From Octopus vulgaris (taxonomy: Eukaryota): a stretch of DNA of 64,000 nucleotides. Positions within the stretch are counted from its first letter, which is position 1, and each line of letters starts with the position of its first letter. The translations under genes were made by a program, and so were the position numbers. Positions 1-12,617 of this stretch are shown here, one piece after another. The stretch covers positions 60,636,001 to 60,700,000 of the forward strand of contig OX597833.1 in assembly GCA_951406725.2 (NCBI GenBank), read 5' to 3'. Under the pieces are notes generated by a model. That model saw only the letters and a program-made list of their open reading frames with translations, was not told where the DNA came from and did not search any database.

Positions 1-546
1 GGTTACTTCAAACTCAAGACAGACACTTACCACCACATTGGTGATATAAACAGTTTTCTGTTTATGCTATCATTGTTTCAAGATGCAGCACGGAATTTTG
101 CCAGTGAACAGGTCGCGGTCTCAAAGCGACAAAAATATTTTGACAAATTAAATTTAGATGTTGAAGTGAATCTAACGGTTTTTGTGTGTTTCTTAAATGG
201 CTTACAAACACCTTCCACGCTACAATTGTTTTCATTCAAGCACACGACCTCAGATCAGGTCACTTGCTCTGCAAGTACATCTCTGTAAGCTGTGGAATGT
301 TTTCCACTAAATATCTTTGTATCATTTTATTTATTACCATTATGAAATAGCAGAATATGTTGGTTTGTGTTTTTGGATATAGCACTACACTTTATAATAT
401 CACTTTATCGTGTGATATATTGTACATCATCTTAATGTATTGTATGTCACACACATCTATATTGTATATACTGTACAGTATTATTATATAACAATACTAT
501 AGTATGACATTTATTGCTATTTCATATATATATATACCTGTAAGTC

Positions 547-689
547 CATGCCACCATCTCTTCAGTTATCTGGCCATCGGAAAAATGCTATGAAAAATTA
601 TTGTTATACAAAGGGAATTTCCCTTTGTATAACGGTCACTTTTCATAGCATTTTTCCGATGGCCAGATAACTGAAGAGATGGTGGTATG
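547..689. repeat. Long near-perfect hairpin (inverted pseudo-LTR-like) within a TA-flanked repeat also present at 10201-10330
   Basis: ccaccatctcttcagttatctggccatcggaaaaatgctatgaaaa (551-596) is the reverse complement of 640-685; inner stem gttatacaaaggga/tccctttgtataac (603-633). Confidence 0.9.
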
Positions 690-732
690 AATTTCCACCT
701 TAGAATCCGAAACTCAGAGTTTTATCATGGCT
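661..732 (+). ncRNA. Type I hammerhead ribozyme-like motif (Penelope-like element remnant)
   Basis: Stem I gataa/ttatc, core CTGAAGA (671-677), stem II gat...atc, CGAAA (708-712), palindromic stem III actc-a-gagt, cleavage triplet GTT; stem II register is offset by one C. Confidence 0.5.
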
Positions 733-1145
733 ACCAAATAATTGTCACATATTACATTTACAGATCAATTCCTCTATTTACATAATATCGAGGTCTCTTT
801 CATTCTTTCAGAGATACAATATCTCTGTATTTTATTGTCTTTATGATATCACTCTGTGATATTACACTACACGGTGTATTATTTGTATTACTATGACACC
901 TTCATATTGAAATATCTATCATTGACACATGTATTACATCGTACCATATATCACACCACTTCTTCACCACTACCATCACCACCATCACCACCACCACCAT
1001 CATCATCACCATCATCAAAGCTGTAATTACACCACCATTGTATATGTGAGACAGTAGACCTGTGACGTTGTGTGGCCTCATGGGTAAGGCTTTGGGCTTT
1101 TTGATCACAATGTCATAGGTTCAATTTCTAGACCAGGAAGTATGT

Positions 1146-1370
1146 GGTGATACTTTAGTATGCAGTCTACCACAATATGTATAGTCAGTGTTGTCTAATG
1201 ATCTGATCTGGGTTAGGATTAAGGTTAACATTTAGGGTTAGTACTAGGGTTGTGGTTAAGTTAGGATTTGGGGTTGTGGTTAGTTAGACTGCACACTAAA
1301 GTATAATTAGCCAGGTACACTGCATGCTAAGGTGTAAATGGCCAGGTAGACTGCATGCTAAAGTGACACC
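1146..1370. mobile_element. MITE with GG termini and 8-bp TSD (Merlin-like), internal TTAGGG-like repeats
   Basis: TIR ggtgatactttagtatgcagtctacc / ggtagactgcatgctaaagtgacacc; flanks aagtatgt (1138-1145) and aagtaggt (1371-1378); related copy at about 52108-52282. Confidence 0.65.
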
Positions 1371-1681
1371 AAGTAGGTTATGTCCTGGAGCAAGGCACCT
1401 CGTTTCATGTTACCCCAGTCTAATCAGCTGACATAAGTACCAGCTGGATGCTGGTGTAGCTCTCTCTCTCTCTCTCTCTCTCCCTCCAGCTGTTACATCC
1501 ACACTGTTCTGATGGGTTGAGGATGTGAGGGTGAGAGGATATCTATGCCTGCTCACAACTTCACAGGCCCCTAAAACAGCTAGCATTAGCTTGATACAAA
1601 CAACTGACAACTGTGGTTGGTTTATATCTGGGGGACAGTCCTAGTTGTTCACCGTGTCTAGCTACCACCATACTATGTACC

Positions 1682-1915
1682 TATTTCTTTACTACCCACA
1701 AGGGGCTAAACACAGAGGGGACAAACAAGGACAGACAAACGGATTAAGTCGATTACATCAACCCCAGTGCATAACTGGTACTTAATTTATCGACCTCGAA
1801 AGGATGAAAGGCAAAGTTGACCTTGGCGGAATTTGAACTCAGAACGTAGCAACAGACGAAATACCGCTAAGCATTTTGCCCGGCGTGCTAACGTTTCTGC
1901 CAGCTCGCCACCTTA
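1682..1915 (-). mobile_element. SINE family A (tRNA-derived head, Nin/Deu-like core)
   Basis: About 230 bp: ggcgagctggcagaaacgttagc...gagttcaaattcc (A/B-box-like), core gcctttcatcctttcggggtcgataaattaagtaccag, end gtaaagaaata; TSD tatgtacc. Other copies: 2226-2459(+), 5137-5367(-), 5701-5888(+), 10807-11041(-), 11604-11826(-), 38246-38479(+), 45312-45540(-), 46543-46760(+), 50311-50531(+), 59601-59821(-). Confidence 0.85.
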
Positions 1916-2489
1916 ATATGTACCATACAGGGGTCTACACTATGGCCCCTACAAAGTCGAGGAGATATATATCTGTGTCTCGGCTCTTGATGTTCTGCAT
2001 TTCTGTCAAACCAAGAAGGAAAACTTCAATGCTTTTGTTGATCTGCTGGAAATAACAGCCAAATTTCATTTAAACCACTCCTGTCTTAACAAAGGATATA
2101 TTGACTGGGGTAGTCTGAAGTAGACTATGCATACAAAAAGAAAATGACAGGACGGTTACATGTGGAATAGCATTTACCATGTGTCTAAATAACAACAATA
2201 ACAACCATTTATGGACACAACAGAAAGGCAGCGAGCTGGCAGAAACGTTAGCAGGCCGGGCAAAATGCGTAGCCGTATTTCGTCTGCCGTTACGTTCTGA
2301 GTTCAAATTCCGCCGAGGTCGACTTTGCATTTCATCCTTTCGGGGTCGATAAATTAAGTACCAGTTACGCACTGGGGTCGATGTAATCGACTTAATCCCT
2401 TTGTCTGTTCTTGTTTGTCCCCTCTATGTTTGGCCCCTTGTGGGCAGTAAAGAAATAGAAATCTACTTTATCGAGGTTGACCTTCAGCC

Positions 2490-2684
2490 TCACAATCATC
2501 ATCATCATCGTTATCATCATCATCATCACTACCACCTTTGCCATCACCACCATCACCATCATCATCACTGCCTCTATTATCACCACACAACCATCTGTCT
2601 CCACTATTACCACTACCATCGTCAGCATCATCACCACCATCATCCCCATGCTGACCACCACCACCACTACTACTACTACTACTA
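2490..2684. repeat. Degenerate (CAT/CAC/TAC)n trinucleotide microsatellite
   Basis: Directly visible; explains the poly-His/Ile/Thr ORFs. Confidence 0.9.
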
Positions 2685-2708
2685 ATTTCGTGTCTCTCTC
2701 TCTTCCAG

Positions 2709-2829
2709 AAGACAGCAGTGATGAGGATCAGAAGGAAGTGGTTAATGTGGACACGTGGTTACACAAAGCTGACATCAATTATTCGTGTTTGTGTAAGGAG
2801 GTGCAAGACAATGGTTACATGTACCCCAG
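2709..2829 (+). CDS. Candidate internal exon of an unidentified gene (EDSSDEDQKEVVNVDTWLHKADINYSCLCKEVQDNGYMYP)
   Basis: Polypyrimidine acceptor tctctctctcttccag at 2708; open, non-repetitive frame; donor AG|gttctg at 2830 is weak (alternative gtaagg at 2793). Protein not recognised. Confidence 0.4.
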
Positions 2830-3016
2830 GTTCTGTGCACTTGCTTTATTCACTCCACCCTTTCAAACAACCATTAGCTTCCTGCCTTGCAGACAGAACA
2901 GGCACATTGTTGTTGATGTTGTCGCTATTGTCGTTGATGTTGTTGTTGCTACTGTTCTTGTTCTTGTTGTTGTTGCTGCTGTTGTTGTTGTCTCGTAGAT
3001 TTCAGATGATTTGGGT

Positions 3017-3774
3017 TTAACCCTTTAGTATTTAAACCGGCCATATCCGGCCGAAATAGTTAATCTGTTTTATGTTCAAACTGACCAGATCCAGGCTCTC
3101 ACACCTACCCTACAATGTTATTCTACATTAAGTAATTATACCATCAAGATCTTAAAGATATGAGATAATGCATGATTAATTCAAATCAATGGGAATCAAT
3201 AGACATTATGTTTGATAGAGCCAGCGCTGCCCGACTGGACTCCGTGCCGGTGGCACGTAAAAAGCACCATCCGACCGTGGCCATTGCCAGCTTCGCTTGG
3301 TCCCCGTGCCGGTGGCACGTAAAAAGCACCATCCGACCGTGGCCGTTGCCAGCTTCGCTTGGTCCCCGTGCCGGTGGCACGTAAAAAGCACCATCCGACC
3401 GTGGCCGTTGCCAGCTTCGCTTGGTCCCCGTGCCGGTGGCACGTAAAAAGCACCATCCGACCGTGGCCGTTGCCAGCTTCGCTTGGTCCCCGTGCTGGTG
3501 GCACGTAAAAAGCACCATCTGATCATGGCCGTCTGCCAGCCCCAACTGGCACCTGTGCCGGTGGCACGTAAAAAGCACCCACTACACTCACGGAGTGGTT
3601 GGCGTTAGGAAGGGCATCCAGCTGTAGAAACACTGCCAGATCAGACTGGGCCTGGTGTAGCCTTCTGGCTTCCCAGACCCCAGTTGAACCATCCAACCCA
3701 TGCCAGCATGGAAAGCGGACGTTAAATGATGATGATGATGATGATGATGAATAATCTGAACGCTAAAGGGTTAA
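3017..3774. mobile_element. piggyBac-like MITE family A interrupted by an RTE 3'-end fragment (about 3220-3750)
   Basis: TTAA-ccctttag...ctaaaggg-TTAA; the uninterrupted copy at 37645-37871 shows the empty site; partial copies at about 9131-9280 and 19445-19980. Confidence 0.8.
3243..3520 (+). repeat. 62-bp tandem repeat (about 4.5 copies) in the RTE LINE 3' UTR
   Basis: Unit ccgtgccggtggcacgtaaaaagcaccatccgaccgtggccgttgccagcttcgcttggtcc, near-identical copies. Confidence 0.9.
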
Positions 3775-4040
3775 GGAAGATCTGCTAAACAAGTAGTATG
3801 GTGCAGGGTGGTGTAACATGTGAAGGCACATGGCTTAGTGGTTAGGATAGTCAGCTCATGACATTAAGGTTGTGAGTTCAATTCCAGGTGGGGTATTGTC
3901 TCCTCGAGCAAGACTCTTTATTTCACGTTGCTGCAGTTCACTCAGTTGGCAAAAATGAGTAGTACCTGTATTTCAAAGGGCCAGCCTTTTCACATTCTGT
4001 GTCATGCTGAATCTCCCTGAGAACAACGTTAAGGGTATAT

Positions 4041-4452
4041 GGAGAGCTGGGAGAAACGTTAGCACGCCGGGCGAAATGTTTAGCGGTACTTCGTCTGCCG
4101 TTACGTTCTGAGTTCAAATTCCGCCGAGGTCGACTTTGCCTTTCATCCTTTCGGGGTCAATAAATTAAGTACCAGTTACGCACTGGGGTCGATGTAATCG
4201 ACTTCATCTGTTTGTCTGTTCTTGTTTGTCCCCTCTGTGTTTAGCCCCTAGTGGGTAGTAAAGAAATAGGTATTTCGTCTGTCATTACGTTCTGAGTTCA
4301 AATTCTGCCGAGGTCGACTTTGCCTTTCATCCTTTCGGGGTCGATAAATTAAGTACCAGTTACGCACTGGGGTCGATGTAATCAACTTCATCTGTTTGTT
4401 TGTTCTTGTTTGTCCCCTCTGTGTTTAGTTCCTTGTGGGTAGTAAATAAATA
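4041..4452 (+). mobile_element. Head-to-tail SINE family A pair
   Basis: Full copy 4041-4268 followed directly by a 5'-truncated copy starting at ggtatttcgtc (4269-4452). Confidence 0.85.
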
Positions 4453-4959
4453 GGTATACATGTCTGTGGAGTGCTCAGCCACTTGCATGTTAAATTCACA
4501 AGTAGGCTATTCTGTTGATCGGACCAGCTCGTCATCATAACCAATGGAGTGTCAGTTTAAGGTGCAGTATAGTATGGTGTGATAGTGGCACATCACGCTG
4601 ACAACCTCAGACTACCATCGTTCATTGTTTAATGTCCGTTCTCCATGCTAGCATGGGTTGGACGGTTCGACCGGGGATCTGGGAAGCCAGGAGGCTGCAC
4701 CAGGCTCCAGTCTGATCTGGCAGACTTTCTACAGCTGGATGCTCTTCCTAATGCCAACCACTCCGAGAGTGTAGTGGGTGCTTTTTACATGCCACCGGCA
4801 CAGGTGCCAGACGAGGCTGGCAACAGCCACGATTAGATTGGTGCTTTTTACGTGCCACCAGCACGGAAGCCAGTCAAGGCGGCGCTCCCAACTCACTAAA
4901 CAACAATCTCCACTATACCAAACCATGCTACATTATACTACACCACAGCATTCCAGTTG

Positions 4960-5600
4960 TGAATAGGTACCATTGGAAGTTAGTATTTGTCAGTATCCAT
5001 TTGTCACTGTACATAGTTCCCTTGTTGTAAATAGGGACCATGGATGGTAATATTTTTCACTGTATGACTGTTAAGTAGGTATTATGAGCAGGTACTTTTT
5101 TTCTCACTGTACTGAGTCACCTTGTTAATAGATACCTATTTCTTTACTACCCACAAGGGGCTAAACACAGAGGGGACAAACAAGGACAGACAAATGGATT
5201 AAGTCGATTATATCGACTCCAGTGTGTAACTGGTACTTAATTTATCGACCCCGAAGGGATGAAAAGCAAAGTCAACCTCGGCGGAATTTGATCTCAGAAC
5301 GTAGCGACAGAGGAAATATGGCTACGCATTTTGCCTGTCGTGCTAACCTTTCTGCCAACTTGCCGTCTTTGTTAATAGATACCATGAGGAAGTAGTATTT
5401 GGTACTGTACATAGGCCACCTTGTTGTTAATACATACCATGGGGAGGTAATATATGTCACTGTACATTGTTATTTGGTTGTAAATAGGTATCATGAGGAG
5501 GTAGTATTTGTCACTGTACGTTGTCACTTTGTCTTAAATAGGTACCATGGGGAGCTAGTATTTGTCACTGTACATAGTCACTTTGTCTTAAATAGGTACT
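4960..5600. repeat. Degenerate ~54-bp minisatellite running into the assembly gap
   Basis: aatag(g/a)taccatg...gtatttgtcactgtac recurs at about 5375, 5430, 5483, 5538 and 5592, and more loosely at 4963-5130; interrupted by a SINE. Confidence 0.75.
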
Positions 5601-5700
5601 NNNNNNNNNNNNNNNNNNNNNNNNNNNNNNNNNNNNNNNNNNNNNNNNNNNNNNNNNNNNNNNNNNNNNNNNNNNNNNNNNNNNNNNNNNNNNNNNNNNN
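5601..5700. other. Assembly gap (100 N)
   Basis: Run of n. Confidence 1.
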
Positions 5701-5885
5701 TTGGCAGTGTTTCGTCTGCCGTTACGTTCTGAGTTCAAATTCCGCCGGGGTCAACTTTGCCTTTCATCCTTTCGGGGTTGATAAATTAAGTACCGGTTAC
5801 GTACTGGGGTCGATATAATTGACTTAATCCATTTGTCTGTCCTTGTTTGTCCTCTCTATGTTTAGCCCCTTGTGGGCAATAAAGA

Positions 5886-5943
<58 letters not shown>

Positions 5944-6803
5944 GGGCCTGGTAGAATAAGCAGGAGAATAAAAAAAAAATTCAGTAATTAAGAGTATGTG
6001 TGTGTATACATGTATAATTATGCACACATACATACACACATATATATACATGTATATCTATTTATATGTATTAAAGTGTGATGATGTCTTAGCTGGCTGA
6101 AACTTCGAAGTCACTATCAATATTATTCTTGTTAAAGAATAATAAAAATACATACACAAACAAACACACACACACACACACACACACATATGTATGTATT
6201 TACAAATACATACATACATATATATATATATGTATATAAACACACATATGTAGTTAGAGACTTGCTGTATAAACATCAACAGATGACACAGAGTCATTAA
6301 GAGCTCAATAAATGAAAGGTCGTTGAACTTCCAACACATTACTACATTGCAGTAAATCCAAGCGGGACCGACTTGCAAGTATATTCATAATCAGCTAAAA
6401 ACAATCTTTAAGAGCAACATACTTAGAATAAAAGCTGAAAGGCATAAATTTCACATGCAGTTCATACTCTGTGTTCTACAGCTGTTTCCTTAAGATAAAC
6501 ACCATTAAATGTATAATTACATAATCTTGTTACATAAAGAAAAAAAATTGAATTAGTTTAAAAGCTGTAATTAACTAAATCATCAGGAATATTATGGATT
6601 ATATTTTCTGATTAACATGACACATGATATTTATGATGATTTGAGTAAATATAGTTATTTAATTATTTTGATTTAAATTATGTTTAACAATTAGATAATT
6701 GTTCATTTAGTGTTATGTTAATGAAACCGCTCTTGAATTTTTAGTATGAACTACATACGAAAGTTCAGCTTTTATTCTAAATGTACATGTGTGTGTGTGT
6801 ATG

Positions 6804-6858
<55 letters not shown>

Positions 6859-7656
6859 TAGAAAGAACCACCTTTTATCAATTCAAAACGAACAATTAAA
6901 TTACACCATCTGGAAAATTGTTCATTTTGAATTGATAAAAGGTGTTTTTCTTCTAATTTTTTAGATATATATATATTATATTGTGTGAAATTTGATTTAG
7001 TATTTCTAAATTGAATTTTTTCCCTGTAAGTTAGGATTAATATTCCCTCAAATAATTATTATATATATATACACACACATACACACACACAATATGTATA
7101 AACTTATACTCACACACATAAAAGCATATGTATATATATGTGTGTGTATACACATGTATGCATACATGTGTGTGTGTGTATATATATATATATATAATTG
7201 CATATGTATATATATATATATTATATATGTGTGTATAGATATATTTATATTCAAGTAATCCATATGAATATACAAAAATATATAACATATATATATGTAC
7301 ATATATATTTATATATACACGTTTTTGTAGTATATAAATGTATATATGTAGAATATCAAATGTAAGAATGAATATAGTGTATAAAAATTTATATCTACAT
7401 TTAGTATATATAATATATATATATATTTAAAATATATCCTTATTTATTGTATGATATATATACATATGTAATGGATAAAATATATATATATATATACATA
7501 ATGCGGGTGTATGTATACATATATGAACTTTGTAAAAAAAAAAACATGTTCTGGAAGAAGTTAAGAACTAAATCCATTTGTGGAATCTTCTCTGACACTC
7601 TTTGGAGAGAGAAATTTGGAAATATGTTGAATATAGATGTTGACTCCTTTCTACAG

Positions 7657-7693
7657 ACTGATTTCTATGGTCCAGGGTTCCTGGAATAACTGA
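7657..7693 (+). CDS. Candidate terminal exon of the unidentified + strand gene (RLISMVQGSWNN*)
   Basis: Acceptor tcctttctacag at 7656; phase 2 matches exon 2709-2829 (AG|A = Arg); stop TGA 7691-7693; AATAAA at 7886. The gap at 5601-5700 could hide further exons. Confidence 0.3.
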
Positions 7694-8684
7694 GAGCTGT
7701 GTCTACCCATGTTTCCTACTCTTCCCAGCATCCTTCAGTATTTATTTGGTCCTCTTCAAAGTCCCAGTAAGGGAGTTATTTTTAGTGTTACTATTATTAT
7801 TATTATTATTATTAATATAATTATAAAAACAAACTGCCTAGTAACCTCACTGTTCTCTGAGGTTACAAAAAACAAAATTTCTATGAATAAATTGTAAAAA
7901 GAGAGGCATAATTTTTTCTTCTTCAATTGCTGTACTATTTCTTACTTTGGTTAATTTACTTCCTTTTATGTAGTTGTGTTTTTGTTTTTCATGAACTATA
8001 TGTTTATTGGATAAAATATATATATATATATATACATAATGCAGGTCTATGTATACATATATGAACTTTGTGAAGACCTGTTGAGGCAAGTGAAAATCAA
8101 AATCGATCAATATCAATGAAAATTGTAGCTGTGATATCAGTGCCGGTGGCACATAAGAGAACCATCCAAATGTGGCCTTTGCCAGCGCCGTCTTGACTGG
8201 CCTCCGTGCCGGTGGCATGTAAAAAGCACCATTTGATCGTAGCCGTCTGCCAGCCTCGCCTGGCACGTAAAAAGCACCCACTACACTCAGGGAGTGGTTG
8301 GCGTTAGGAGGGGCATCCAGCCGTAGAAACATTGCCCGATCAGACTGGGCCTGGTGCAGCCTTCTGGATTCCCAGACCCCAGTTGAACCATCCAACCCAT
8401 GCCAGCATGGAAAGCGGACGCTAAATGATGATGATGATGATGATGATTCCTTACCTGTGGTTTTATGGTTAAGAAGTTCACTTCCCAACCATATGATTCC
8501 ACGTTCAGTCCCACTGTACAATACCATGGCCAAATTTCTTCTATAGCCCTGAGTAGGGTTTGATGGCATATGCTGAATGGTTTAATAGGATCCAGTGGAT
8601 GTGAGAACTGTATTGTGCTCCAATGTTTGCTTTGACATGATTTGTATGGCTGGATACTCTAATAGCAACCACTTTATAAAGTAA

Positions 8685-9047
8685 CTAGCAGTATCGCCCG
8701 GCGTTGCTCGGGTTTGTTTCGACCCTTTAGAATTGGAATTTTTGAAAAGTAAAAATTTTGCATTATGTAGCTTGTTATTCTCTTTAAGTGAACATTTTTC
8801 TGGTTGAAATACACTGAAAAATGGCGACACAGCAGTCAAAAAATCGTAAGCACCTTTTTGATGTAAATAATTTTTGGTGTTAACATGGTTCAATTTGAAT
8901 TTTTTCTTCTACGGAATGAAGAGCAAGCCTTCTATCATACTCTCAATTTTGGTGAACTTGCACCACAGGGTCTCAGAGGAGATAGTGTTAGTTGAAGGCT
9001 ACCAAACCTGCCATACACAGACAACTTCAGCTTTATATATAGAGAGA
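8685..9047 (-). mobile_element. Non-autonomous Helitron
   Basis: Minus strand starts A|TCtctctatatataaag and ends with hairpin cccgagcaacgccggg...CTAG|T; no TSD. Confidence 0.8.
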
Positions 9048-10157
9048 TGTGCTGAGTGCTTTTATTCATGGCATTAACAGTGAGGTTACCATGCATCTTG
9101 CAAGACTAATCTCCTCTTCAACAGGATTGGGTTAACCCTTTAGTGTTCACATTATTCTGCCAAAATTAATGCTTTTACATCCTCATTGTTTTGAACTAAC
9201 CATGCATTATCTTGGAGCTATGAGATTTTGATGAGGTAGCTGTTAATTCTTAAAATGATATTGTAGGGTTGGTGTGAGAGAAACTTGCACATAGTCCACC
9301 AGCCCACAGTATCCAGCTATAGGAAGAATGAGCTATCTCACTGTTGCTACAAGAGGTATGCCCTTAGCCTAGCTGACTTATATACTACAGCTGATGCATG
9401 TTGTTCATGCGACCACACTTGTACCCCATCATCATCAATAAGTCATTCCAACATAATGCTACTTGTGTATCCAAACTCCACAGGATAATGACTGATCTTG
9501 TCTCCTTCCATCATGTGTGGCACTCAGTACAAGGGACTGATGTTGCTTAACATACTGCATTGTAGTCTCTCTTTTTTTCCTCTTTTTACTTGTTTCAGTC
9601 ATTTGACTGCGGCCATGCTGGAGCACCGCCTTTAATCGAGCAACTCGACCCCGGGACTTATTCTTTTGAAAGCCCAGTACTTATTCTAACGGTCTCTTTT
9701 GCCGAACCACTAAGTAACGGGGACATAAACACGCCAGCTGGGGGGGGGGGGGCCAAACACACACATATATACATGACGGGCTTCTTTCAGTTTCTGTCTA
9801 CCAAATCCACTCACAAGGGTTTGGTCGGCCCGAGGCTATAGTGGAAGACACTTGCCCATGTGGTTGGTAAACAAGCTACTTACCACACAGCCACTCCTGC
9901 GCCTATCAAATAAGCACCAACATCCTATCTGCAACGTGTAATCCTACAAATCAAAAATAAAAACTGATGTTGCTTCGGTAACATTACGACCACATGACCA
10001 CAGCTGACCAAATAAAGGCCTAAATGCCTGGAAGCTATTTTGAATTTCTTTTAAACTCTCTATTCTGTCTGCAACATCTGCCAAGATGGATGTATCCTAT
10101 GCATCCATGAAACTCAAAGTAATGTGCAGCTGAGTCAAACTGTTCTTATATATATAT

Positions 10158-10203
<46 letters not shown>

Positions 10204-10238
10204 GTAAATGTAATATGTGACAATTATTCGGTAGCCAA

Positions 10239-10299
10239 GATAAAACTCTGAGTTTCGGATGCTGAGGTGGAAATCCACACCACCATCTCTTCAGTTATC
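10239..10299 (-). ncRNA. Second copy of the hammerhead-like motif seen at 661-732
   Basis: Minus strand: gataa CTGAAGA gatg...catc CGAAA ctcagagt t ttatc. Confidence 0.5.
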
Positions 10300-10642
10300 C
10301 AGTTTACATAATATCGAGGTCTCTTTCTTTTGTTATCTTACTGTTTTTACCTATATATATATATATATTATTTTTATTTATGTGCCCTTTTGAAGCCTAG
10401 CCAGGCTCATGGGCTTGGTTTCTGTGGCGTATGTGTTCCCCCCAGCTGGACGAGACGCCAGTCCATCGCAGTGTTTCCCAAGAAACAGGAAGAAAGAGTA
10501 CAACAGGGGTCGCCCCCATCGCTGCTGGAGCCTCATGGAGCTTTAGGTGTTTTCACTCAATAAACACACACAACACTCGATCTGGGAATTGAAACCACGA
10601 TCCTCCAACTGTGAGTCCGCTGCCCTAACCACTGGGCCATTG

Positions 10643-10689
<47 letters not shown>

Positions 10690-12237
10690 TATTTATGTGC
10701 CCTTTTCAAGCCTAGCCAGGCTCATGGGTCCAGTTTCTGTGGTGTATGTTTGCCTTACTCTAATAGTGGTGATGTAATTAATGGCTCCTAAAATCGACAA
10801 GATACCTATTTCTTTACTACCCACAAGGGGCTAAACACAGAGAGAACAAACAAGGACAGACACACGGATTAAGTCGATTATATCGACCCCAGTGCGTAAC
10901 TGGTACTTATTTAATCGACCCCCGAAAGGATGAAAGGCAAAGTTGACCTCGGCGGAATTTGAACTCAGAGCGTAATGGCAGACGAAATACGGCTACACAT
11001 TTAGCCCAGCATGCTAACGTTTCTGCCAGCTCACCACCTTAGTATTGACAAGATACCTGTTAAATGAAGAGAAAAGACAGCTATGTCAATAGAAGGTCCC
11101 ATATGGGCTAAATTTCTTGAAAGAAGGGGATAAATGGTTCATCTGATTCCAACACTTTTTTCTATGCAGCTAGAGATAATAAAGAAGGAGGAAGTAGTTG
11201 AAATGTTATATTAATTATATCAATTAGTGATAAGCAAAGTCAATAAAGATTTTGGAAAAATTTATTTACAAATATACATTCTTTTATCACAGTATACAAA
11301 TCAATTGATCAGCAGTGGTTCTGCTCAATTCAGTTTTCATTTGTTTAATATTATTAACATGAGGAGAGACAACCAGATACTAAAGTACCTGGTTTGTTTT
11401 TGTTGGGTGAAGGTTCTTTTAAATATAATTTAAAGCTTGTGGATTATAATAAGGGGGGGGGGGAGAAAAAAATCAAATATTTTTCTAATTCATTTCTTAC
11501 ACAGAGTTAAAGCGTGTAAATTAACTTTGTAAAAATCTCATAACAAAAAAAAGACATTTGATAGTTTAAAAAGAAAGAGAAAAAAAATCAAATTTGTGAT
11601 ACCTATTTCTTTATTACCCAGAAGGGGCTAAACACAGAGGAGACAAACAAAGGTATTAAGTCGATTACATCGACCCCAGTGCGTAACTGGTACTTAATTT
11701 ATTGACCCCGAAAGGATGAAAGGCAAAGTCGACCTTGGCGGAATTTGAACTCACAACGTAACGGCAGACGAAATACCGCAAGGCATTTCGCCCGGCATGC
11801 TAACGATTCTGCCGGCTCGCCGCCTTAAATTTGTGATACCGTAATAATAAAATCTAGAACTGAACTGAAGAATTTATGAATCAATTATTGTATGTTTAGA
11901 TTTCCAATGTGAGGCAAAGGAATTGGTTAGTAATCTTAGAATATTCAGTAACAAACCCCCAACATCGTACAGTCTCTTTTAATTTTAATCTCAATTTCAC
12001 TAATTCGATGATCAAAAATACCGGTAAAACACAGCAGTTCTATCCTTGAAACACTATTAATGAACTGTGGTATCATCATACCTGGTCTATGCCAGAGATT
12101 AATTAGTGGTTCTCGTTTAATACAAAACTTCATCACACCAATGTTACCTCAATTAGCTCCACAGTATTTTGCTAATTGTGTTTTTCAATAATCTTCAAGC
12201 ATCCATTACAAGTTTACACATATGTGTGTATACATGG

Positions 12238-12276
<39 letters not shown>

Positions 12277-12390
12277 TATATACATCTGTATATATATACA
12301 TGTGTGAGTGTATATATATATATATATATATATATACATACATGTGTGTATATATATACATGTGTGAGTGTATATATATACACATACATG

Positions 12391-12444
<54 letters not shown>

Positions 12445-12617
12445 CACGTGTGTGTGTATGTGTATATATATACACACGTATATATATCATTATCATCATC
12501 ATCAAATGATGATGATGATATATATACGTGTGTGTATATGTATATATATATATACAGACGTGTGTGTCAGTACATATATCCAAAAAAGAAGTACACTCTA
12601 AAACAATAGAGTAGTAA

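Noticed and set aside
1208-1285. Interstitial telomere (also 24355-24378 and 52157-52228)
   Set aside because: Short degenerate TTAGGG-like tracts inside MITEs.
3243-3520. CRISPR-like array of palindromic repeats
   Set aside because: Units are contiguous with no unique spacers, there are no cas genes, and the array is part of the RTE 3' UTR.
12195-12609. IYIY/HTHT/CVCV ORFs here and at 7037, 15236, 47808, 56112 and 58223
   Set aside because: Translations of dinucleotide microsatellites.
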